Shown here: positions 11,993-20,000 of the stretch, piece after piece
How the letters are laid out: each line of letters opens with the position of its first letter
Position numbering within the stretch: the stretch's first letter is position 1
Origin: Gonapodya sp. JEL0774
Taxonomy: Eukaryota
Assembly: GCA_027604505.1 (NCBI GenBank)
Contig: JADIIX010000064.1
Span: 110,247-130,246 of the forward strand
Direction of reading: 5' to 3'
Length of the DNA: 20,000 nt
Translations under genes and position numbers: made by a program
Notes under the pieces: model-generated
The model's database searches: none
Seen by the model: the letters and a program-made list of their open reading frames with translations, nothing else
What the model was told of the DNA's origin: nothing

Positions 11993-13147
11993 TCACGACC
12001 GACCCCTGTGAGTACGCACTCCACCCACACATGGCAAACGGGAATCGCACAAAAACCTACCCTGCATCCACAAAGTGGATCCCCCCGTGACTGCTCGTCC
12101 CGCCTCGCTGATCAAGAACACCGCCATGGCACCCACATCATCCTGATCCGCGGCGACAGGCATAGGCAGCTTGTCCTTGTACTGCTGGTGACTCTCTGCG
12201 AAACCGGGTATCCCACTTGCAGCGTGGGTGGCGATCCCGCCAGGGGATACGGCGTTCACGCGGATACGCTTGGGACCGAGTTCGACGGCGAGGTACTTGG
12301 TGGTGTATTCGAGGGCGGCTGTGGAATGGTGGGTGAAGAGATGAGAGGTGCAATCGAGTTGGTGATCGTTGTTCGGGTGTGTGCATGTGCATCGCCCGCT
12401 CACCTTAACGGGCCCCATGATACCGTAGTTCTTGTGTACGGCTGTCGAGCCGTAGTGTGTTAACGTGATGATGCATCCTCCATCTGCCATGAGCGGCTCC
12501 GCAAGCTTGGTCATCCGAATCAGCGAGTGGCACGAAACATCCATGGCGTCTGCACGTTGGTAGGCACAACACACCTCAATCTCACACAGCTTAAAACACC
12601 CTCTCCACCCGTATCCAACTCACACAGAAACCCCTTGGCCGAACTATCCACCACCCTGCCCATCAAATCCTCCTTGGGCGCGTACGCCAGCGAGTGCATC
12701 ACGAAGTCCAGTTTTCCCCACGCATCTTTGACGGCTGCAAAAACGGCTTCCAGCTCGCCCTCGTGGGTGACGTCGCACGGCAGGATGATGGGGCTGTGGA
12801 AAGGTCGGGAGGGAGTGGTGGGTTGAATGTCGGGACGACCGTGATTGGCGGTGTGTGGCAGGTGTACCTTTGGATTTGCTCGTACAGCGGCCGAACGAAC
12901 TTTTCAGCCTTGGCGTTGAGAAAGGTCGTGGCGACCTCCGCACCCTGGTTGCGACAGGCTTTGGCGATCCCCCATGCTGGATCCACATTTGAAATGACGG
13001 CGGGGGCAAGGAAATGGATTAGTGGGGTGAGCCATATGGCACGAGAGTTTACCAGTTATGCCTCCCCAGACACGAACCAACGGATTGATCGTTCGCGATT
13101 CCGGCGATGAGACCGCGTTTGCCTTTGAGTGAGAAGAGGTTGGTCAT
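11993..13147 (-). CDS. fabI: Bacterial-type enoyl-ACP reductase FabI (SDR) with spliceosomal introns; apparent 1-nt frameshift near the 3' end
   Basis: Exons 13147-13078, 12976-12868, 12793-12624, 12549-12404, 12318-~12061, possibly 12005-11993. Motifs LKGKRGLIAGIANDQSVAWGIA, LPCDVT, WGKLDFVMHSLAYAPKEDL, MDVSCHS, catalytic NYGIMGPVKAALE (YxxMxxxK), IRVNAVSPG..AASGI. The 3' end is uncertain (stop at 12057 if unspliced, 11993 if spliced). Confidence 0.9.
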
Positions 13148-13286
13148 ACTTTCTGTGGGAAAGCTTGAGGCGTTTGTGGTTGACGACGCAGGAAGATGCG
13201 TGTTGTCACAAGTGATGACGTCATATCTTTGTTGAAACAACCCCCACTTTCACCGAGTTACTATCGATTATTTTTTGTTTTTTCCA

Positions 13287-14357
13287 TCACACCCCTTCCA
13301 CTTCCCACTTGAAATACTCCACCTCCATGCCGCCCTCGATCGGACTGCACGCCATCACGCCGATCATCATGGGCGATTTCCCGGACGTGTGGTCGTGATG
13401 GGAGTCTTCGAGGAGGTGGCAGATGCGCTGGTGACGGGAGCGAGGGGGGTTGGAGGGTGCGGGGAAGGGTGGGTGATGGGCATCGGACAAGTGTCAGGAG
13501 AGAGGCAAGAGGGGAAAGTACGTACCAGCTGGATCCACTTTTCCTCGTCTCGGGAAAATGATACTACATAAGGAAGGGCGAACGTGAATGAAAATTCCCA
13601 AGCGACATGGAATGAAAACGGAAGCACGTGCTCCATCACCCGCACTTCCCAACCCACCGGTGTAATCCCCACCCTTTCTCTCGACCCTATAAAACCCCTC
13701 CCTGACCGAATTATCGTAATCAAACGTGGACCAATCCGAAAACCCCGAGTTGGTGGCCACGGCGCCGATGCGGGCGTGCTCGGTGGGACTTTCGAACTCG
13801 ATGCAGGACTTGAGCCAGCAGGACGGCGACGCGCGGATGAGGATGCCGGCTTGGTCGTATTGGGATTTAGGGTGCCAGCGGACCCCGACTGATGGGATGG
13901 AGGTGGATGATGGAGGGTGAGTCTGGAGCTGAACACTTGTCGCAGCATTGTTTGGACATACCGGTCATGAGATAATCGCGATTGGCAGGCGGCGAGAAGT
14001 GGAGGAAATGGCCATTATCGTGTTGGAAGTTGTAGTGTGTTCTTTTTGGGGGTTGGGAGAACGAGCGGAGCGTCAAAGGTTTATTTACGTAAACCTCTGC
14101 GCGGCAGTCGACAAGTCCACAACCTCGCTCTCACTGTCCTTCCTCCCGACTCACGTTCTGCCCTCCCGCCCATCTCGACCACCCCCGACCCAGACCAATT
14201 CACCTCACCTCTGCCAAAAATCGGTCCCCTTGTCCGTGACGAGCTTCAAACTCTTGCTCTGCGTGTCGACAGACCAGGTTTCGGGCGGGTTCGACCACGT
14301 GAGTTGGGACGGATCGATCGGGGCCGCGAAGGGGTCGGTGAGGAAAAGACCAGCCAT
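13287..14357 (-). CDS. DUF1349 / Ree1-like concanavalin A-fold protein, 5 exons
   Basis: Spliced product MAGLFLTDPF..LTWSNPP..TDFWQRTHYNFQHDNGHF..YDQAGILIR..WLKSCIEF..AVATNSGFSDWS..RVERKGGDY..WIQLRICHL..IGVMACSP..* carries the recalled DUF1349 motifs TDFW, DQAG, SDWS and ACSP. Confidence 0.88.
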
Positions 14358-14603
14358 GTTTGTGAGAGAGTTGATGGATGAATGGGGAATCTGTTGATCG
14401 GGTGCGGACCAGATGCCGTCCTCACTCCCGTGCGGCCACAGCGCACCACATCCGGCCAGCACACAATAAATTGAATTCACAACGATACAACCAACCGACA
14501 AACACACTTGAATTCACCACACTCTAAAGCCTCGATAAAACCCCCCGTTGCCCGTTACCCATTTCCAGCCACACACCCCTCCCGCCCCCACCCCCCCCCC
14601 CCG

Positions 14604-17573
14604 TCACAGTCTCCCCTCCGCGGGGACCCACGCCTCCGGCGCCACCGACGCCGCCAAGTTGCACTGGTGCATGATGCGGAGATCTTCTGGCGCATCGAAG
14701 GACAGATCGGATGTGACCGAGTGCCACATGGTCTGGTTTGGACGAGACATGGAACGCCAAACAAAAGTGGGCCCCCGTGGAGAGAGAGCGGGTTGGAAAG
14801 TCGGAATCCCAAAATATGTACATAACGAGACGGGCGATGGAATCACGGGATATATGCATGGGTTGTGGTGTGAGTGAGTAGGCCGCCACATCACACCAGA
14901 CCACGGTGCCGAACCCCCCCCCCCCCGCCCTTCCTACCCACCCAATTATCCCACACCAGCACGTCCCCCTTCCTAGCCCTGACCGCCAAGACAAACTCCT
15001 TCGCGATAGCCGGTCTCATGATCTCCTCTGCCCTTTTCCGCACGGCCACGAGGTCGTCCAAGACCGTCACGGACCCGTCGGGTTCGGTCGTGTGAAAGGC
15101 CCGCAGGCAAATGCCGTGGAGTTGCAGGGACGGACGGTGTGTGAGAGGGTTGGACCAGACCTGGGGTTCGGGGGGTAACCGGTGAGTGGTATCTTGGCTT
15201 GATGCACCACGAAACACAGCCCCATCGGCCCCCGCCCCCTCGCCCCACCCACCAAGGGCAAGACCAAGCACTTGCTCTCCTCCCACTCGGGCAACTCCTC
15301 GTACGGGGTTTCCTTCCCCTCGCTCACCAGCACCAACCCGTGTGATTTGGCGCGGCAGTTTTCCACCCACTGGTAGGCGTGCGGGGGGTCTTTTGTGATC
15401 GCGGGGGCACGGGAGGTTTTGGGTTTGGTTTGGTTTGGTTTGGTTTGATTTGGTTGGGTTTGGTGGGTGGATTGTGGAACAAGAGGGCGGCGAGGTGAGT
15501 TGAGATGTGGAGACACCACACCGACACCGCGGGTCGCGTCGCGCCAAGGGTCAGGGTCACCCACACGCCACTTTTGTCCGCAACGCCCAGGCTTTGAGGT
15601 GGTCTGGGAGGATGGAGAATGCGGTGTATCCACTGACGACTGGGGTGGGGTATGGTGAGGTGGGTGCGTGTGAGGGGGAAGGGGGAGGAGGACACATGGT
15701 GAGGTGGGTGAGCGGGGAATGCGGAAACGGGGATGCGACAGGGGAGGTCACGGTGGGGGGGACGGCGTGGGACACCCAGTGGTCCGCACCAGGAGCCGGC
15801 ACCAGCGAACGGGGCGAGCCCGCATTTTGTTCGGTGATGTCCTCGCGCCGGCCGCCGCTGGACCACCCGAGCCGGCAGAACCAAGCGGAACCAAGCGGAC
15901 CCAAGCGTTGCCAAAGACTGTGGTTTCGGTACCGGGGATCCACCGTCCGACCGACCGGTACCCACCACCACCTCCTCCCATCACCATCACACGCACGAAA
16001 CGAGCTGCGCACTGCAACCGTACTCCACCGGTCCCGTCCTCCCTCCTGACTCCCCCCCAGCGCCACAACTCAACTCACACGCGGTAGCCCCCAGGGGCAC
16101 GTCCATCTCCTCGCCCGACCCGTCGTCGTAGGCGAGGGTCTGGAACGGCGATGGTCGGCCCTCGGTGGAGGGGTTTTGGATGCAGCGGAAGGTGGTGATG
16201 CGGGGGGGGAGGTTGGCGTCTTGGAGGGGGGCGGCCGCGGGGGGGGGGGGGATACGGGAGAGAAGGACGAGGAAGGGGGAGTGGAGGAGGGCACCACATG
16301 AGGGAAGAAAAGGGGAGCAGGAAGAGAGGGGAGAAGGGAGGGATGAACACGGGGTAGGTAGGTGGAGGGAAGAAACAGAGAACACGCCCTCTTGGTCCGC
16401 CCTGCGCTCCCCATCACAAACTTAATCCTCTTCTCCACATTCTCAACGATCACCCCCTCCGCCCCCCTCCCCCCCCTCCTCAAGTACCCACACAAGGCCG
16501 CGTCCACATGCCACCTATAAAACCTCGTTTTCCCTTGGTCGGCCACGGTATGGTGGAACTCGCGGTGGGAGGGGTGAATGAGCGGGAAGGAGGAGATGCC
16601 GTGGTGGGGGGGGAGGGGTCCTGCGCCGGGTGTAAGTGGGTGAGACGGGGGACGAATGGGAAGTTGAGAAGATGAGAAACGCAGGTGATGTCCCGACAAG
16701 CGTGGTGTGTGGTGTGGGTTTGGACACGAGATGGGGAGTGGCGATGGGTCTGAGCGCACCCGGCGACAGCCAGTTCAGTTGCTTGCGATCGCGGTGTCCG
16801 GCCGGTCCGACCCCGACCCGGACCCCTCACGTCCTGGTCCTGGCTCTCCACAGGCTGCTCTCTCCATTTCCCCCCCATCCCCCATTCCCCGTCCGCCATC
16901 CCGCACGCCCGTGCATCCATCAACGACACAACAACCCCACAACCCCACAACCCACCGTTCCCAATGACCACGACCTGTGGCCAGTCTGGCAGGGGTATGT
17001 TCCCCCTGAGCAAGCCCTTCTTCAACTTTGACAAGTCGCCGTGGTGGTGAGCGTGGGCCGAGGGAGTGCGTGGGTCGAAAGAGAGGGCGAGACGGAACTG
17101 GGATGAGGGGAGTGCGTGAGACTGGTCGCGGATGATGAGGAGTTGGTGGGTGGAGAGGGCGGTGTGGATGGCGGAGAGGGCGGCGGCTGGTGGGGTTGGG
17201 GGGCAGGGGACGGGGAGGGGGGAGGTTTGTCGGTGAGACCACAGCAGGGAGAGTGGGAGAGTGGGAGAGTGGGAGATGGAGCGGGGGGGCGAGTGCAAAC
17301 AACAAAGTGCAGCACCCCATCACCGATGGGACCAATCAACATAAAAGACGAACACAACACCACAGAAAAAAAAAACACCAGAAAAAAGAAGAATGACGAC
17401 ATTGTGAAACAAAACTGACGATCAAGATTGTCGATATCGCATCCCAGAACCTCCGCACCAAACCGCACACGGTCGCCGACTGCGGCTTCGTGCGGGTGGA
17501 GAGAGAATGGGGCGATGGGGCGGATGACGATGGACGAAGCGGGGGCGATGCGAGGAGACGGATGGGCCGACAT
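14604..17573 (-). CDS. xanA: XanA-like Fe(II)/2-oxoglutarate-dependent dioxygenase (TauD superfamily; probable xanthine dioxygenase), 8 exons
   Basis: Exons 17573-17420, 17186-16956, 16620-16492, 16219-16079, 15639-15565, 15389-15253, 15160-14942, 14732-14604. Motifs FGAEV, TRFYRWHVDAALY (HxD), YDDGSGEEMDVPLGATAFVSG, YPPHAYQW, WSNPLT, GDVLVWDNWTMWHSV (third Fe ligand) and RIMHQCNLA are typical of fungal XanA. The substrate is inferred. Confidence 0.87.
15415..15463. repeat. (GGTTT)n pentanucleotide microsatellite in xanA intron 5
   Basis: About 8-9 near-perfect units are visible. Confidence 0.85.
17247..17279. repeat. (GGGAGAGT)n 8-bp tandem repeat in xanA intron 1
   Basis: About 4 units are visible. 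Confidence 0.8.
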
Positions 17574-18836
17574 GCGGGAACAGGGAATAGTGCGCGGTGG
17601 AGGGGAATGATCGAGTGCGGGGGGTGGTGTCGCCCGATCGATCGATCACTGTGCCACGTCGCACCCCGATCGCGCACTTTTTGACTCCGACTTCACTTCC
17701 ATCGTCCTCTTCGTTCTGCAGTCACCTGATGCGTGGAGGACCTGCGGCGTCAAGCTCGTAGTTAATTCGACACGGCTTGTGGCAACGGTGCAGTGGAGAG
17801 ACTTGTTCTGCACAGACTAATGGAATGGTGCCCTTGTGGACGTTGTGAGCCTACTAAACTAGGGCCTCACAGGTCTGTGGTCAAATTGCGGGGTTCCCAT
17901 ATCAGGCCAGGAACAAGCGTGGGGGACCGGGGTGACTGTGGTTGGTAGGTGCAGGAGTGTTATGTATTCGGGAGGTTCTGGACTGCAGGGCGCAGTTGGA
18001 GGATTTGTGACAGCCCCGACCCTTGTCATTGGGCAGTTTGTGTTGGAAGGCACTAAGGTAGCAACCAAAAAATACGAAGTGCTCCTTGTAGGGGGGTCCA
18101 AATCCAATGCTTGTTTACCTTGTCAATTCTTGCAGTATTAGTGGAATTACTCTGCCTGAGATGAGCAGAACTCGATGTGGTAAGCTCTCACTTCACATTT
18201 TGTTCTGCTGGGTTTGATGTGTGGTAAGTGGTTGCCACCAGGCACCAGCACTTGGACTTTTGTTTCATGTACTCTTCTGTCCACACTTGCCTCTCGGCCC
18301 TTACAAGGGACTATATAGAAGGTTGCATCTTGTGGTTGTTTTGCTTCTACGGCTCATCAGTCATTTGAGGGAACAAGGTTCAGGAAGGTATTCAAGGAGG
18401 CACAGTCAAACCTTGGAACCAAGTGGAAACACAAGCTGGCACCATTATAATTCTCTCCTGTTTGGCTGGCTTGTGGTAGCAATCAATCATCTTGCGTACC
18501 CATTTAGATTATCTGTCACAAATTTTTTTTCCACCCCCATTGTCAGACCCCCCCCCCCCCCGCGGGGGGTGGAAATTTCTTTTGAGGGGGTGGACAAAAT
18601 GTGTGAAACCCTAGAGGGAGGGTGGAAAATTTCAACCTACATTGTTGGAAAAACTGAAGGACATACGTGAGGGGGTGGGACAAGTAATCAATTTGGAACT
18701 CTTCAAGGTTAGACATAACTGAAAATTGCAATTGGTAAAGAGGATGTGTATTGTCTTATTTCCAAAGACTATAGGAGGCATAGAGAACTCTTCACTCTTG
18801 GACATACAACAATATTTAAGTATCCACTTGCAGTCA

Positions 18837-19523
18837 TCAATTTCCCTTTTGAGCAACATCAGCCTCATATAAGAAAAATTGACACACATCAGGTGGAGCC
18901 TTGTGGGGGGGCAGGTGCCTCACCTGTCGAGCTCGTCTCCTCTTCCTGACAGGGCTTACATCTGCTGAAATATTCCTCTTCCCTTTGGACCATACTTCAA
19001 TATCCTCCTCCTCCTCATTCCTGGCTGCCCTTCTTGCACTCCTTCTAATGGGCTCAGGTGATCTTTCTTCAAGATCTTCATCGTCCTCATTTTGGACTTT
19101 CCTTCCAGAGGGTCTTCCAACTTGCTTAAGTGGATGTTGTTCCACATGCTCCGCCTCTTCCATCTCTTCCTTTTTTTCATCATCATTCTTTTTGACCAAT
19201 TCATCCTCACTGCCATCAGAATTCTCCTCTGATTCATCCACCTCATCATCAACATCCATAGCATCACTATTAATAATAACAGGAGCAGACAGTTTGCTGT
19301 TTTTGCCTATAGGTTTGATCTGGACAGCTTGTTCATCTTCATCTGGACTATCAGCCTCATCATCAACATTGGAACTAGAAGCTTTAGAAGAGGACACTCG
19401 TGTAGCTGAACGTTTACTAGATGAAACAGGAAGAAATTTGGGAGGCCATGCCTCCAGGGCAGCAATATTGTGGAGAGCATATGACATGATCCTGAACACC
19501 CAAATGGCCTCGTGGTATGAAGC
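18837..19523 (-). CDS. Acidic low-complexity ORF/exon of unknown gene or decayed element
   Basis: About 220 open codons rich in D/E/S with basic clusters (RRSARR, RKRRRAR). A possible acceptor lies at ~19524 and a GTGAGG donor at ~18923. No family recognised, and neighbouring exons could not be joined. Confidence 0.45.
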   Translation of the reverse strand, partial: ASYHEAIWVFRIMSYALHNIAALEAWPPKFLPVSSSKRSATRVSSSKASSSNVDDEADSPDEDEQAVQIKPIGKNSKLSAPVIINSDAMDVDDEVDESEENSDGSEDELVKKNDDEKKEEMEEAEHVEQHPLKQVGRPSGRKVQNEDDEDLEERSPEPIRRSARRAARNEEEEDIEVWSKGKRNISADVSPVRKRRRARQVRHLPPHKAPPDVCQFFLYEADVAQKGN

Positions 19524-20000
19524 CTAGTGGCTCTGATTTAAAGAAAGGGCTATGTGGTTCCCTCCAAAAGCGGAAGGAGGAGAAAGTGGCTCAAGGAGCC
19601 ATGGCCGTTGACAATGAGTGAAAGACCACTGAACGTTTGTGTGTTATGTATTGATGATGATTACGTTTACGGTTCGGGGTGTTTTGTACACTTCTGTACG
19701 GTACAATTACGCTACGCCCATTTGGTATGCGACTGTGAGCTTTTAGTGATGAGGGCGTCACTTGAAAGAGGAAGGGGGAGTGTGGTGTACTGGGCACCTG
19801 GGGTGACCACAGTCCCGGGATGCATGCAGGTAGTTAGGCTTGGAAGCTTGTCCTTCCAGTGGGGCACGCTGAACATTTTGTGTGCAAAGGCCAGCCCCCC
19901 ACTGGAGGGGCTTGAACAACTTGACAGTCTGCGAACCGTGGGTCATGGGTCACCAAGGGCAGGTCATGACCCACGGTTAATAAACATGCAGGTAACATCA

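Noticed and set aside
15415..15463. GGTTT repeat as telomere or CRISPR-like array
   Set aside because: It is a short intronic microsatellite with no spacers and is not TTAGGG.
14500..17700. Many long overlapping Pro/Gly/Arg-rich ORFs on both strands
   Set aside because: These are explained by stop-codon scarcity in GC-rich xanA introns and antisense frames.
18338..18360. Hammerhead-like core on the minus strand (CTGATGAG..CAAAAC)
   Set aside because: GAAA is mutated and stems I and III cannot be formed convincingly.
17860..18613. hAT-like TIR pair TAGGGCCTCAC / GTGAAACCCTA
   Set aside because: The match is short and imperfect, and the flanks (TACTAAAC vs GAGGGAGG) give no 8-bp TSD.
18901..19527. 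208-aa Ser/Leu-rich plus-strand ORF
   Set aside because: It is the antisense shadow of the acidic minus-strand ORF.

Overview
Intron-rich, compact eukaryotic DNA, most likely from a zoosporic (flagellated, chytrid-grade) fungus. This is inferred from a motile-cilium gene (enkurin) sitting beside fungal-type BET3, NMA111 and XanA genes. Splicing the fragmented ORFs by hand gives nine recognisable genes: CRAL-TRIO/Sec14-like (-), enkurin (+), BET3 (+), NMA111 (+), a HIT hydrolase (+), a peroxisomal dienoyl-CoA isomerase ending in AKL (+), a bacterial-type FabI enoyl reductase with spliceosomal introns (-), a DUF1349 protein (-) and a XanA-like Fe(II)/2-oxoglutarate dioxygenase (-). A possible ~62-aa membrane-protein gene with a 4-nt microexon lies between enkurin and BET3. 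The last ~2.2 kb is CpG-depleted and carries an acidic ORF, a repeated-motif cluster and a hairpin. The most interesting signal is the intron-containing FabI, an apparent horizontal acquisition with an altered active site and ACP-docking surface. All exon boundaries and family calls were made by eye without database searches.
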